Assembly: GCA_949295915.1 (NCBI GenBank)
Contig: CASFNB010000001.1
Span: 37,565 to 101,564, forward strand
Source of the DNA: an uncultured Pseudomonadota bacterium
Lineage (GTDB): Bacteria > Pseudomonadota > Alphaproteobacteria > RF32 > CAG-239
Direction of reading: 5' to 3'
DNA: 64,000 nucleotides
Made by a program: the position numbers and the translations under genes. A model generated the notes under the pieces. It had not been told where the DNA came from. It worked only from the letters and a program-made list of their open reading frames with translations, and ran no database searches. Shown one piece after another: positions 9,726 through 19,508 of the stretch; positions within the stretch are counted from its first letter, which is position 1; each line of letters starts with the position of its first letter.

Positions 9726-10616
9726 ATGCAAAACCGCAATTTAAATATATTGATTACCGGAGCCTCATCCGGTATAGGCGAGGCTCTGGCCATACATTAT
9801 GCCAGAACAACCGCCAAAAATTTATTTATCTGCGGAAGAAATCCCGACCGGCTTAAAATTGTAGAAAACAAATGCCGCAACTATGGTACCGTTGTGTATA
9901 GCAAAATTGTTGATGTAACAGATAAAGAAACCATGTCCGAATGGATAAAAGAGTGTAACGATGTTGCTGAATTAAACTTGGTTATCGCCAATGCCGGTAT
10001 CGGAATGGTAAACGAAACCGATCAAGCTGTTTATGATACGTTTAATACCAATGTCTTGGGCGTGTTGAACACTGTTTTACCAACCTTAGACATTTATAAA
10101 AATAACATTATTAACAAGAAAAAAGAAACCTCTTCTTTAGACCGCTTTATAACCAATATGAAAAACAAAAAACAAGCTTTTTATATTCCTTTCTGGGATA
10201 AAATTCGCTTGGGTAAAAAAGGCAATGAATTTTATCATTTACACAATCATAGCATTGCCATTGTGAGCTCCATAGCCGGTTACCATGGCTTAGCCACCTG
10301 TCCGGCATATAGTGCAACCAAAGCCTGCGTTAAGGCATGGGGCGAAGCCTTAAGAGTAAAACTCCGCAAAGACGGAATCAACATCAGTGTCATTTGCCCC
10401 GGATTTGTTCGCTCACGTATTACCGACCAAAACACTTGCCCGATGCCTTTTTTTATGGAGGGTGATGTTGCGGCCCAAATTATTGCTAAAGGTTTGAAAA
10501 AGAACAAAGGCATTATTGCTTTTCCGTGGCAACTCAGATTCGCCACTTGGCTTGTTTCTATCCTGCCCAATTGTCTGAGCGATAAAATCTATGCCAAATT
10601 ACCCAACAAAGCCTGA
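9726..10616 (+). CDS. Short-chain dehydrogenase/reductase with an internal ~50-aa lysine-rich insertion
   Basis: TGASSGIGEA cofactor motif, NAG motif and YSATKA catalytic motif. An unusual insert (KNNIINKKKETSS...GNEFYHLHN) precedes the catalytic Ser region. Confidence 0.85.
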   Translation: MQNRNLNILITGASSGIGEALAIHYARTTAKNLFICGRNPDRLKIVENKCRNYGTVVYSKIVDVTDKETMSEWIKECNDVAELNLVIANAGIGMVNETDQAVYDTFNTNVLGVLNTVLPTLDIYKNNIINKKKETSSLDRFITNMKNKKQAFYIPFWDKIRLGKKGNEFYHLHNHSIAIVSSIAGYHGLATCPAYSATKACVKAWGEALRVKLRKDGINISVICPGFVRSRITDQNTCPMPFFMEGDVAAQIIAKGLKKNKGIIAFPWQLRFATWLVSILPNCLSDKIYAKLPNKA

Positions 10617-10620
10617 GAAA

Positions 10621-11910
10621 TCAGGCTTTTTTGTTTTTTATTTTTTTCTGCAAATAAAACAAAATCAAAAGACCCGGAAGTGCCATCAGGGTTGTGATGA
10701 TAAAGAACAAACTCCAGCCTGTCACTTTAACCAGCGCACCGGAAGTTGAAGCAAGTAAATCTCTCGCCAAAGACATAAAAGAAGAAAGTAACGCATATTG
10801 CGTTGCCGTATAAGCCGTATTGCACAAAGAAGAAATATAAGCCACAAATGCGGTTGTACTCATTCCCCCAGCCAAATTATCGAGAGAAACCGTACCCATC
10901 AGCAAATATAAATCATTACCGGCTTGAGCTTGCCAAACATACATTAATGTTGTCAACCCCTGAAGAATACTTCCGAGATACAAACTTTTAACAATACCGA
11001 AACGATTGACGATAACGCCGCCCAAAATACCGCCGATTATGGTTGCCGCCATGCCGTAAAATTTGGTCACAAAAGCAATTTGCCCTTTGGTAAAGCCCAT
11101 TGCATCATAAAAAGGCATGGTCATCGGCACCATGTAGGCATCACAAAGCTTATAAAACATCACAAAGAGCAAAACAATAAACCAAGACGGACGGGTGATA
11201 AAATCAGCAATCGGACTTTTAACTGCCGTCTGATAAAAGTTTTTCAATCTTTGGATAAAATTGCCTTCAAATTTAAGTTTCTGTTCTTTGCTTTTTTGCG
11301 GTTCACGTGAACATAAAATTGTTACCATACCTAAAACTGCACCCAAAGCCATGCAAACATAAACTTCATTCCATGTTAAAATGGTAGCCAAAAGCAGAGC
11401 AACCGCGCCGGAAAATACCGAACCGATACGATATCCTAAAATAAACATGGCCGTTCCGGCTGCTTGGTCACGGTTATCAAAACTCTCCACACGATAAGCA
11501 TCAAGAACAATATCTTGCGTAGCCGAAGCAAAAACGGTTAGAAGAGCCAAAAACATCATCAAATAAACCGACTGTTCAGGTTCAACCGAAGCCATACTTA
11601 AAATGGCCAAAAGCAAAAATATCTGCGAAAAAACAGCCCAACCGCGCCGCCGCCCGAGTTTTGAAAATAAAGGAATATTAAATCTATCCACCAGAGGCGA
11701 CCATAGCCATTTGAAACTATACGGTGTTTTAACCAAAGAAAACAGCCCTATCATCTCAAGCCCCACCCCGGAATCAGTCAGCCACAGAGACAAAGTGCCG
11801 CTTACGAGCAAAAAAGGAAAACCGCTGGAAAAACCCAAGCCGATCATTGTCAGCATGCGCCAATCAAAATAAACAGCCAAAGCATTTTTCCATTTTTGAA
11901 TCATTTTCAC
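10621..11910 (-). CDS. ampG: AmpG-family muropeptide MFS transporter
   Basis: 429 aa, 12-14 TM MFS protein with an AmpG-like N-terminus (LGFSSGFPFLLVSGTLSLWL). Confidence 0.8.
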   Translation of the reverse strand: MKMIQKWKNALAVYFDWRMLTMIGLGFSSGFPFLLVSGTLSLWLTDSGVGLEMIGLFSLVKTPYSFKWLWSPLVDRFNIPLFSKLGRRRGWAVFSQIFLLLAILSMASVEPEQSVYLMMFLALLTVFASATQDIVLDAYRVESFDNRDQAAGTAMFILGYRIGSVFSGAVALLLATILTWNEVYVCMALGAVLGMVTILCSREPQKSKEQKLKFEGNFIQRLKNFYQTAVKSPIADFITRPSWFIVLLFVMFYKLCDAYMVPMTMPFYDAMGFTKGQIAFVTKFYGMAATIIGGILGGVIVNRFGIVKSLYLGSILQGLTTLMYVWQAQAGNDLYLLMGTVSLDNLAGGMSTTAFVAYISSLCNTAYTATQYALLSSFMSLARDLLASTSGALVKVTGWSLFFIITTLMALPGLLILFYLQKKIKNKKA

Positions 11911-11940
11911 TCCTATAAAAAGAGAATAACATTAAGAAGT

Positions 11941-11980
11941 TAAATAAATAATAATGGTCGATTATAAAAAATCGACCATT
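11941..11980 (-). terminator. Intrinsic terminator downstream of secB
   Basis: 10-bp stem AATGGTCGAT/ATCGACCATT with an 8-nt loop, followed on the minus strand by a U-rich tract. Confidence 0.6.
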
Positions 11981-11986
11981 ATAAAA

Positions 11987-12001
11987 AACAGTGTATTTAA
12001 A
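11987..12001 (+). repeat. One-mismatch copy of the 15-mer (AACAGTGTATTTAAA)
   Basis: Read directly. It lies between the secB stop codon and its terminator. Confidence 0.6.
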
Positions 12002-12469
12002 CTAATTTTTGCCGTGAGCAGATTGTTTCTTTGCTTGATAAAGGAGAGCAAAATCAATAGGATTCAGCATAAACGGCGGCAAACCTGCCTCGGTTAAAGA
12101 AGTTGTAATAATCTGACGAGCAAACGGGAAAAGCATTCTTGGAATTTCAATCATCAAAACCGGCTCAACATGTTCCTGCGGAACATTAAGTTGAACCACG
12201 GCAGAATATGTTAATTCAATAATAAAAAATTTTTTGCTTTCGGCATCACCGTTAATGGAAAAAAGCAAATCGACATTAAAATAATTATCTTCCAAAGACT
12301 TGACATCAACATTAACATCAACACTTACTTCTGGATTTTTCTTAATTTCTTTAAAAATTTCGGGAGCATACGGAATTTCTAAAGAAAAATCTTTAATATA
12401 TTGGTTATTTATCACAATAGCCGGCAATTGTTGTTTGTTTTCATTTTGCGGCTGATTATCTTGTTGCAT
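12002..12469 (-). CDS. secB: Protein-export chaperone SecB
   Basis: 155 aa, typical SecB core (QYIKDFSLE...FPFARQII). Confidence 0.9.
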   Translation of the reverse strand: MQQDNQPQNENKQQLPAIVINNQYIKDFSLEIPYAPEIFKEIKKNPEVSVDVNVDVKSLEDNYFNVDLLFSINGDAESKKFFIIELTYSAVVQLNVPQEHVEPVLMIEIPRMLFPFARQIITTSLTEAGLPPFMLNPIDFALLYQAKKQSAHGKN

Positions 12470-12636
12470 TATTTTCTCCTCAACAACATTAAAACTAAAA
12501 TTATATCAAAATTACACTTAAAAAATGCGCAGGTCAATTACTTAGATATTTTTTAATAAAGATATTTTATATTGCGAAGAAAAGAAAAAACACCTATATT
12601 ATTTTTATCGAAATATGAAAGAGGAAAAAGATAAAA

Positions 12637-13287
12637 ATGGGACAATATATTGACATCATAATACTTTTGTTGGTTGTTGTGTTTATTTTGCAACGCTTAA
12701 AATCTGTTTTGGGCACACGTCCGGAAGGAGAAAGCACAAAATTATCGGAAGAAAGTGCCGCTAAAATCTTTGATATTATCATGAAAGAAGCTGAAAAACA
12801 CAAAAAAACAGAACAAAACAAAGAAGAAATTAAAGATGTCAATTTGACCGAAACTCAAAAAACTTTGGCACAAATTCCCAATTTTGAAGAAAACAACTTT
12901 TTATCAGGTGCTAAAAAGGCTTTTGAAATCATCTTAACGGCATTCAGTAAAGCTGATTTAGAAACTTTGGAAATGTTGGTTAATAAAACCATTTATAACA
13001 AATTCAAAGACATTATCGAAAAAAGAAAAGAAGAAGGCATCACTGCCGAGTTAGATTTTATCGGTTTTGACAAAGCAGAAATCGTTGATGCCAAAATAAA
13101 TAAAAACAACATTGCCAAAATCACGGTAGAGTTCATTTCGCAACAAGTTAATTTACTCAAAGATAAAGAAGAAAAAATCATTGAAGGCGATGATCAATAT
13201 ATTCAAACCATCACCGATAAATGGACATTTGAAAAAGCCATCACCTCAACCAACCCCAACTGGATTTTGGTCTCAACAAAGAAATAA
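12637..13287 (+). CDS. Tim44-like domain protein
   Basis: N-terminal TM and C-terminal Tim44-like domain. Conserved alphaproteobacterial position between secB and mltA. Confidence 0.8.
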   Translation: MGQYIDIIILLLVVVFILQRLKSVLGTRPEGESTKLSEESAAKIFDIIMKEAEKHKKTEQNKEEIKDVNLTETQKTLAQIPNFEENNFLSGAKKAFEIILTAFSKADLETLEMLVNKTIYNKFKDIIEKRKEEGITAELDFIGFDKAEIVDAKINKNNIAKITVEFISQQVNLLKDKEEKIIEGDDQYIQTITDKWTFEKAITSTNPNWILVSTKK

Positions 13288-13291
13288 AAAT

Positions 13292-14443
13292 ATGAAACAT
13301 ATTGCTTTTATTTTAGGTTTAAGCCTGTTTTTAAGCTCTTGCGGAGAAGAAACCTCAACACCGACAAGTATGGAAGACTTAAGTTTGAAAAAAAGCAAAT
13401 ATACAGACCTCATCAACTGGCAAGAAGATGATGTCAGTATGGCGATTAAAGCCTTCAAAAAATCTTGCGAAAAAATAAAAGATAAGAAAAATGAATATAT
13501 AGACAGCTTATCTGCCATCAAAATTTCTACGGCAGATTATAAAAAACTTTGTCACAATCTAAAAAACGTGCGCCCAACCAAATATAAAGACTTTTTGGAA
13601 CAAAACTTCACACCTTATTTAGTAGAATACCAAGGCTCACCTGAAGGAAAATTCACCTCATACTATGAAACCGAGTTACATGCTTCATATCACAAATCAG
13701 ATAAATACAAATATCCGGTCTATGGTCGCCCCTTTGATATGATAGAGCTCAACTTGCAAGATTTTGATAAATCTTTACCCAACAAAAGATTAGTCGGACG
13801 AGTCAAAGGCAACACGTTCATTCCTTATTACACACGTGCCGAAATTCACGATAAACCTTTAAATGCGCCGATAATTTTGTGGGCAGATAACGAGGTTGAT
13901 ATTTATGTTATGCAAATTCAGGGTTCCGCCGTTGCCAAAATGGAAGACGGTTCAAAGGTTCGCATTGGCTATGCCGACAACAACGGCAGAACCTTCAAGG
14001 GCATCGGCAGCATCTTATTAGAAGAAAAACTCATCAAACCCGGACAAGCATCCATGGGCAAAATCAAAAAATGGCTCAAAGAAAACCCTGATAAAGCTCT
14101 TTCACCCATGAACAAAAATGAAAGATATGTTTTTCATCGCTTGGTCAATGCCGATGGTCCGATTGGCGCGCAAGGTGTTTCTTTAACCGCCGGCAGAAGT
14201 TTGGCGGTAGATAGAAAATATATTCCTTTGGGAGCATTATTATGGCTGGAAACAACCGGTCCGGACAAAGAAAGCATCAACAAATTGGTTGTTGCTCAAG
14301 ATGTCGGCGGAGCCATTAAAGGTGCTGTTCGCGGAGATTATTTCTGGGGTTCTGGCGGAGACGAAATTTTGGAAAAAGCCGGTCGAATGCACGCCAATGG
14401 ACAATATTACATTCTTCTACCCAAATCAACTGAGGTAAAATAA
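13292..14443 (+). CDS. mltA: Membrane-bound lytic murein transglycosylase A (lipoprotein)
   Basis: I start it at the internal Met at 13292 (MKHIAFILGLSLFLSSCGEE, lipobox LSSC). MltA and 3D domains are present (AQDVGGAIKG...DYFWG). The upstream part of the 13181 ORF overlaps the Tim44-like gene. Confidence 0.85.
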   Translation: MKHIAFILGLSLFLSSCGEETSTPTSMEDLSLKKSKYTDLINWQEDDVSMAIKAFKKSCEKIKDKKNEYIDSLSAIKISTADYKKLCHNLKNVRPTKYKDFLEQNFTPYLVEYQGSPEGKFTSYYETELHASYHKSDKYKYPVYGRPFDMIELNLQDFDKSLPNKRLVGRVKGNTFIPYYTRAEIHDKPLNAPIILWADNEVDIYVMQIQGSAVAKMEDGSKVRIGYADNNGRTFKGIGSILLEEKLIKPGQASMGKIKKWLKENPDKALSPMNKNERYVFHRLVNADGPIGAQGVSLTAGRSLAVDRKYIPLGALLWLETTGPDKESINKLVVAQDVGGAIKGAVRGDYFWGSGGDEILEKAGRMHANGQYYILLPKSTEVK

Positions 14444-14444
14444 C

Positions 14445-14939
14445 ATGGCAACAAAAGCAGACAAAATGGTTTTCAGAGCCTTAAAAACAGCCGTAGAAAA
14501 AGACCAACTCCGTTTATATATGGATTATGGTAAAGTCAACCGCCCCGGCTCACCTATATATAATCCGTGGGAATGTTTGCTTCCAATTCTCATCCCCGTA
14601 CTCATTGGCTTAATGCTCATCATTTTAGTCGGAGTCATCTTCGGATTATTGTTTATTGTTGCCATGATTATGGTTTACAGCACTTACTTCAAAAAAAAGC
14701 TCTATCATAAAGTCATAGAAAGAACCAAGGCCTATCTCATTTCGTCATACGAAAACTGCGAAAATTTATGGAAATTCGGCGGCATTGTTTTGGTAAATGC
14801 CGAAAACAAAAAACTTGGCTGTGTTGCGCCTGAAGGCGATTGGAAAGAGTTTGTCATTTTAAACTTTTCCGATTATATGTTGGATAAAAAAACGGAAGAA
14901 ACCAAAAAAGATGAAAAACAACCAACCGAAAATAAGTAA
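14445..14939 (+). CDS. Hypothetical membrane protein (two TMs)
   Basis: 164-aa ORF directly following mltA. Hydrophobic core LLPILIPVLIGLMLIILVGVIFGLLFIVAMIMVY. No family recognised. Confidence 0.5.
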   Translation: MATKADKMVFRALKTAVEKDQLRLYMDYGKVNRPGSPIYNPWECLLPILIPVLIGLMLIILVGVIFGLLFIVAMIMVYSTYFKKKLYHKVIERTKAYLISSYENCENLWKFGGIVLVNAENKKLGCVAPEGDWKEFVILNFSDYMLDKKTEETKKDEKQPTENK

Positions 14940-15453
14940 AGAAGATCTAAGCCTGTGGTTTGAGACCACCAAAGACATACAAACCATTCCGCAAACAGAA
15001 GAAATTGAGCGTCCGACAAAAGAATTTCCGCCCATTCGCAATAGTATTGACAATTCTGCGGTTTATCATGGCAACAAATTAAATGATTTAGCCATCGGAC
15101 AAATTGCCGATTTAGATAAAAACACGGCAACCAAATTCAAACGCGGCGAATTCAAAATTGAAAGAAGATTAGATTTGCATGGATATACCGAAGATGAAGC
15201 ATGGGAAGCCGTAACCAACTTTGTAAAAAACGCTTATATTGACAATTTGCGTTGTATTTTGATTGTCACCGGCAAAGGTCGTCCGCATCCGGAAGATGAA
15301 GAAATCATACCGCGCCGAGGTATTTTGAAAGAAAAAGTCCCGCAATGGCTCAATTCCCGAGAATTAAGACCATTAATTTTAAGTATCAGCTATTCACAAA
15401 TCAAAGACGGCGGCGAAGGCGCTTTATACATCCTGCTAAGAAGAAAAAGATAA
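14911..15453 (+). CDS. Smr domain protein
   Basis: C-terminal Smr domain (LDLHGYTEDEAW...ILIVTGKG). Confidence 0.8.
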   Translation: MKNNQPKISKEDLSLWFETTKDIQTIPQTEEIERPTKEFPPIRNSIDNSAVYHGNKLNDLAIGQIADLDKNTATKFKRGEFKIERRLDLHGYTEDEAWEAVTNFVKNAYIDNLRCILIVTGKGRPHPEDEEIIPRRGILKEKVPQWLNSRELRPLILSISYSQIKDGGEGALYILLRRKR

Positions 15454-16173
15454 CTATTGTTTGTTTTCACATTCAGGTTCTGCCAGCCAAATAGCACCTT
15501 TTATCTTATTTTGCAAAAATTCGTTATGCAAATTAATTTCCTCTTCAGATAAAGGAAAATGCCGTACTGCTCTAATCTTTCCGTCTGTCGCGCCAAACTG
15601 AACTTCTGCTGTTTGTTGAGATATTTTTTTCTTCTCATCAAACATCATAGACGGTTCTTGACCGCCAATCAGTTGCAAATACACTTCGGCCAAGAGCTCA
15701 GCATCAAGCAAGGCGCCGTGTTTGGTACGGTTTGAGTTATCAATATTAAAACGTTTACAAAGCGCATCCAAATTAACACGTGTTCCCGGAAACATATTAC
15801 GGGCAATTTCCAACGTATCAATCACTCTATCCCAAGAGAATTCAGGTTTATTCAGAGCCTTTTGCTCAAAATTGCAAAAAGTAATATCAAATTTAGCATT
15901 ATGCGCCACCAAAATTCCGTCATCACCGACAAAATCGAGCCATTCATCAACTATCTTGTCAAAAGTCGGAAAATCTTTCAAAAAGTCATAAGAAAGCCCA
16001 TGTACTTTAAAAGCGTCTTCGGGGACTTCACGTTGCGGATTAATATATTTATGAAAAGTTTTTCCGGTCGGAACATGATTAATAAGTTCAACTGCACCGA
16101 TTTCGACCAATCTATCACCTTTATCAGCATCAAAACCTGTTGTTTCCGTATCAAAAACAATCTCTCTGACCAT
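15454..16173 (-). CDS. dnaQ: DNA polymerase III epsilon subunit (3'-5' exonuclease)
   Basis: Exo motifs FDTETTG, VAHNAKFD and HGALLDAELLAEVY. Confidence 0.9.
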   Translation of the reverse strand: MVREIVFDTETTGFDADKGDRLVEIGAVELINHVPTGKTFHKYINPQREVPEDAFKVHGLSYDFLKDFPTFDKIVDEWLDFVGDDGILVAHNAKFDITFCNFEQKALNKPEFSWDRVIDTLEIARNMFPGTRVNLDALCKRFNIDNSNRTKHGALLDAELLAEVYLQLIGGQEPSMMFDEKKKISQQTAEVQFGATDGKIRAVRHFPLSEEEINLHNEFLQNKIKGAIWLAEPECENKQ

Positions 16174-16182
16174 TATATAATC

Positions 16183-16764
16183 CTATCCGTTCAAACCATT
16201 AATAATTTCCAAAGCCGAAATTTTAAGCAAATTCATGGGAACATCTGTTTCCACCACCCAATCGGCTTTTGCCACTTTTTCTTTTTGGCTCATTTGCTTA
16301 TCTATAATCTTGTCGACATGCTCTGCGGAGACCTTATCTCTTTGCATAACGCGTTGTTTTTGCACTTTTTCGTCAACATTAACGGTAATAACAAAATCGC
16401 AATATTTATCCCAACCGAGTTCAAACAAAAGCGCAGCATCTAAAAACAACAAATCATTTGTCTGCGCATTTTTTCTGATAAGAGCTTTGAGTTGTTTTTT
16501 TAAAAAAGGGTGAATTAAATTTTCCAATTTTTGCAATTGCAGCTTATCATCAAACACCAGCATACGCAATTTTCTTTTATCAAAAACACCATCTGTTTGA
16601 GCTTGCGGGAAGTTTTGCAAAATAACATTAATAAATTCAGGCTTAAAATAAAGTCTTCTCACCCAAGCATCGGCATCAAAAACCGGATATCCGAGTTTTT
16701 TAAATATATTTGCCAAAGTTGTCTTTCCGCATCCGATAGAACCGGTAATCGCCGCCAAAATCAT
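16183..16764 (-). CDS. coaE: Dephospho-CoA kinase
   Basis: I start it at the internal Met (MILAAITGSIGCGKTT P-loop), which has AAGG 8 nt upstream. The 62-codon N-terminal extension in the ORF track runs into the AT-rich intergenic region. Confidence 0.85.
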   Translation of the reverse strand: MILAAITGSIGCGKTTLANIFKKLGYPVFDADAWVRRLYFKPEFINVILQNFPQAQTDGVFDKRKLRMLVFDDKLQLQKLENLIHPFLKKQLKALIRKNAQTNDLLFLDAALLFELGWDKYCDFVITVNVDEKVQKQRVMQRDKVSAEHVDKIIDKQMSQKEKVAKADWVVETDVPMNLLKISALEIINGLNG

Positions 16765-16929
16765 AATTCTTACCTTAAACATTTGATATATAAAAAAAAA
16801 CGGAGTTATTAACAGAATATTAACTTTTTGTGCATAACTATCTCGCTTTAATGTCCTTATACAATTTAATCCGCGTATTGCAAAATCCAAACTCAGAGTT
16901 ATATACAGGCACCAAAACTTATCCCTCCT

Positions 16930-16938
16930 TGTGGATAT
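16930..16938 (-). promoter_or_regulatory. DnaA-box-like 9-mer (ATATCCACA on minus strand)
   Basis: One mismatch to TTATCCACA. Confidence 0.35.
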
Positions 16939-17018
16939 TAAAAAAATCAAAAATTAAAGTTTTGAATCCGGTTATGGTGTTTATGAGGTTGAAAAAGAAT
17001 CCAAAAAGCTAAATTTTA

Positions 17019-17033
17019 TTAATCTTTTGTTAA
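17019..17033. promoter_or_regulatory. CtrA-type site TTAA-N7-TTAA
   Basis: TTAATCTTTTGTTAA read directly. Confidence 0.3.
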
Positions 17034-17056
17034 CGATTCGTTTTAAAACAAACATT

Positions 17057-17065
17057 TGTGGACAA
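17057..17065 (-). promoter_or_regulatory. DnaA-box-like 9-mer (TTGTCCACA on minus strand)
   Basis: One mismatch to TTATCCACA. Confidence 0.4.
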
Positions 17066-17081
17066 CTCTGTTTATGAAAAC

Positions 17082-17090
17082 TTATCCACA
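17082..17090 (+). promoter_or_regulatory. Consensus DnaA box TTATCCACA
   Basis: Exact 9-mer read directly. Confidence 0.5.
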
Positions 17091-17154
17091 AAACTCACAG
17101 AGATATACAAATAACTACAAAACTTTTTTAAATATTTTTAGCCCTGCGGGGCTG

Positions 17155-17169
17155 TTAATAAAAAATTAA
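17155..17169. promoter_or_regulatory. CtrA-type site TTAA-N7-TTAA
   Basis: TTAATAAAAAAATTAA read directly. Confidence 0.3.
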
Positions 17170-17238
17170 CTTAATTATTTAATATAATCTCGGCAGGTGA
17201 AAATATTTTTTTACATTCTTCTTCTTTGCCAAATATAA

Positions 17239-17267
17239 TTGACAAAAATGAAATAAAAGAATATATA
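17239..17267 (+). promoter_or_regulatory. Sigma70-like promoter candidate for rho
   Basis: TTGACA-N17-TATATA about 85 nt upstream of the rho ATG. Confidence 0.35.
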
Positions 17268-17352
17268 AAAAATTACCTACCGAACATATTTATTAAAAAT
17301 ACTTAATAAATTCTTTACAGCAGAAATTTATTCCCAAAAATTTAAGGTAAGC

Positions 17353-18606
17353 ATGAATTTACAAGAACTAAAGCAAAAATCTCCGAAAGAACTCCTAACA
17401 GAGGCAGAGGACCTTGGTATTGAAGATGCTTCTTCAATGCGTAAACAAGACTTAATGTTTGCAATTTTAAAGAAAGTTGCCAGCGAAGACAATATAATCT
17501 ATGGAGAAGGCACAATCGAAGTTCTGCAAGATGGCTTCGGTTTTTTAAGATCCAGCCAGTCAAACTACCTTGCCGGTCCGGATGATATTTATGTTTCTCC
17601 TTCTCAAGTTAAAAAATTTGGTTTACGAACCGGCGATACCGTAGAAGGAGAAATCAGAGCTCCCAAAGACAATGAACGCTATTTTGCCCTGACAAAAGTA
17701 AACAGAATAAATTTTGCTGATCCTGAACTTTCCAAACTCCGAATAAATTTTGATAACCTTACTCCTCTTTATCCTACTGAAAAATTAGATTTTGACATTA
17801 TTTGCGGCGACAAAGACTATACCACCCGCGTGATAGATTTGATTGCCCCGCAGGGTAAAGGTCAACGTGGTTTGATTGTGGCACCCCCGCGTACCGGTAA
17901 AACCGTTATGTTGCAAAACATAGCTCACGCCATTGCTACCAATCACCCCGAAGCCTATTTAATGGTTTTGCTGATTGATGAACGTCCGGAAGAAGTGACC
18001 GATATGATGCGTTCCGTTAAAGGTGAAGTTATTTCTTCTACCTTTGATGAGCCGGCATCACGTCACGTTCAAGTTGCCGAAATGGTCATTGAAAAAGCCA
18101 AAAGATTGGTTGAAACCAAAAAAGACGTTGTCATTTTGCTTGATTCTATCACCCGTTTAGGGCGCGCTTACAATACAGTTATTCCATCATCAGGAAAAGT
18201 TTTGACCGGTGGTGTTGATGCCAATGCTTTGCAACGTCCGAAACGCTTGCTCGGTGCCGCTCGTAATGTAGAAGAAGGCGGTTCTTTAACCATTATTGCC
18301 ACAGCTTTGATTGATACGGGTTCACGTATGGATGAAGTTATTTTTGAAGAATTCAAAGGTACCGGTAACTCAGAAATCATTTTGGATAGAAAATTAACCG
18401 ATAAACGCTTGTTCCCGACCATTGATATTACCCGTTCTGGCACCCGAAAAGAAGAATTGTTGGTTGATAAAGCAACCTTGTCCAAGATGTGGGTTTTGCG
18501 CCGCGTTTTGATGCAGATGGGCATGACCGACGGTATGGAATTCTTGCTTGATAAGCTCAAACAGAGCAAAGATAATCAAGATTTCTTCAATAACATGAAT
18601 TCTTAA
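17353..18606 (+). CDS. rho: Transcription termination factor Rho
   Basis: 417 aa with an N-terminal RNA-binding domain, Walker A PPRTGKT and a conserved C-terminal ATPase. Confidence 0.95.
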   Translation: MNLQELKQKSPKELLTEAEDLGIEDASSMRKQDLMFAILKKVASEDNIIYGEGTIEVLQDGFGFLRSSQSNYLAGPDDIYVSPSQVKKFGLRTGDTVEGEIRAPKDNERYFALTKVNRINFADPELSKLRINFDNLTPLYPTEKLDFDIICGDKDYTTRVIDLIAPQGKGQRGLIVAPPRTGKTVMLQNIAHAIATNHPEAYLMVLLIDERPEEVTDMMRSVKGEVISSTFDEPASRHVQVAEMVIEKAKRLVETKKDVVILLDSITRLGRAYNTVIPSSGKVLTGGVDANALQRPKRLLGAARNVEEGGSLTIIATALIDTGSRMDEVIFEEFKGTGNSEIILDRKLTDKRLFPTIDITRSGTRKEELLVDKATLSKMWVLRRVLMQMGMTDGMEFLLDKLKQSKDNQDFFNNMNS

Positions 18607-18616
18607 AAATTAAAAA

Positions 18617-18641
18617 AGCTCCTGAAAAGGAGTCTTTTTTT
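18617..18641. terminator. Intrinsic terminator after rho (shared with the convergent HAD gene)
   Basis: CTCCT-GAAA-AGGAG hairpin, A-run before and T-run after. Confidence 0.55.
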
Positions 18642-19347
18642 ACCCGAAGATGAAATGATAAATTTCATCCATGGTTTTGAATATATGCTTTATGCCTAGG
18701 GCTTTAACCTGAGCAATATATTCTTCATTATTGTTCATTTTACTACCGACAAAGGCAATAGTTTCCATTTTTGCTGCCAAACCGGCTTTGAGTCCGGCGA
18801 GTGAATCTTCAATAATCAAGCAATTTTCAGGTTTTTCTCCCATTTTTTCGGCAGCAAACAAAAATAAATCAGGTGCGGGCTTTCCCTGAGCAACCATTTC
18901 AGAAAGAAAAACTTTATCCGGCGTAAATAATTTATCTATTCCCACAGACTTAAGTTTCACTTGGGTTTTTTCTTTAGAGCCGCCGGTAGCAATACATTGT
19001 TTAATATCTGTTCTGGCAAAAATTTTTTCAATATTTGGCGTAAGCGAAATACCTTTGCCTAAAACTTGTAAATCGAGTTTGGTTCCTTCGTCTTCAAATT
19101 TTTTATCAACGTCAAAACCCATTTTTTGCAAAGTTTGCAATCTGGTAGTCCAGTGCATTCCGCCAAGATAGTGATTAGTGGTTTTTAAATCCCAATCGAT
19201 ATTAAAATATTTTTTGAGGAGTTGACGTCGATTTTCCATCCACAAACATTCGGTATCGGCAATCACGCCATCGAAATCCCAAACTATTAATTTTTTAGAA
19301 AGATTATTCATTGCGCAATTCATAGTAGAAAAAATTGAGTCCGTCAA
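18640..19347 (-). CDS. HAD-superfamily hydrolase (beta-phosphoglucomutase-like subfamily)
   Basis: Motif I WDFDGVIADTE, plus motifs ATGGS and EDSLAGLKAG. The true start may be an internal Met (MNNLSKK). Confidence 0.8.
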   Translation of the reverse strand: MTDSIFSTMNCAMNNLSKKLIVWDFDGVIADTECLWMENRRQLLKKYFNIDWDLKTTNHYLGGMHWTTRLQTLQKMGFDVDKKFEDEGTKLDLQVLGKGISLTPNIEKIFARTDIKQCIATGGSKEKTQVKLKSVGIDKLFTPDKVFLSEMVAQGKPAPDLFLFAAEKMGEKPENCLIIEDSLAGLKAGLAAKMETIAFVGSKMNNNEEYIAQVKALGIKHIFKTMDEIYHFIFG

Positions 19348-19457
19348 AAGCCCGTAGAAGCACTTTTCAAAAATTCTACGATAGTTTTATTAAAAAAATA
19401 TAAACCCCCTCTCAAAAGTCAAAAAATCGGCTTTTTTTTAGAGTCGTTTTTTAAAAC

Positions 19458-19486
19458 TTGCTTTCATAAAACAATCTCGCTATAAA
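19458..19486 (+). promoter_or_regulatory. Sigma70-like promoter candidate for mnmE
   Basis: TTGCTT-N17-TATAAA, 23 nt upstream of the ATG. AAGGAG RBS at 19495-19500. Confidence 0.3.
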
Positions 19487-19508
19487 AACACCATAAGGAG
19501 ATATAAAA

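Larger units (their letters stand above)
16765..17352. other. Candidate chromosomal replication origin (AT-rich coaE/rho intergenic region)
   Basis: DnaA boxes, CtrA-type sites, A/T tracts, and a position equivalent to the Caulobacter/Rickettsia origin neighbourhood. See the finding for this region. Confidence 0.4.

Noticed and set aside
12594-12842. An 82-aa minus-strand ORF overlapping the start of the Tim44-like gene.
   Set aside because: It overlaps a conserved plus-strand gene and the divergent promoter region. Its composition is low-complexity Phe/Ser/Ile.
13181-13291. The upstream part of the 420-aa mltA ORF.
   Set aside because: It overlaps the 3' end of the Tim44-like gene in another frame. 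The internal Met at 13292 gives a textbook lipoprotein signal peptide.
16765-16950. A 62-codon N-terminal extension of the coaE ORF given in the ORF track (16183..16950).
   Set aside because: The P-loop begins right after the internal Met at 16764, which has an AAGG RBS. The extension is hydrophobic low-complexity sequence read from the AT-rich intergenic region and would make CoaE abnormally long.
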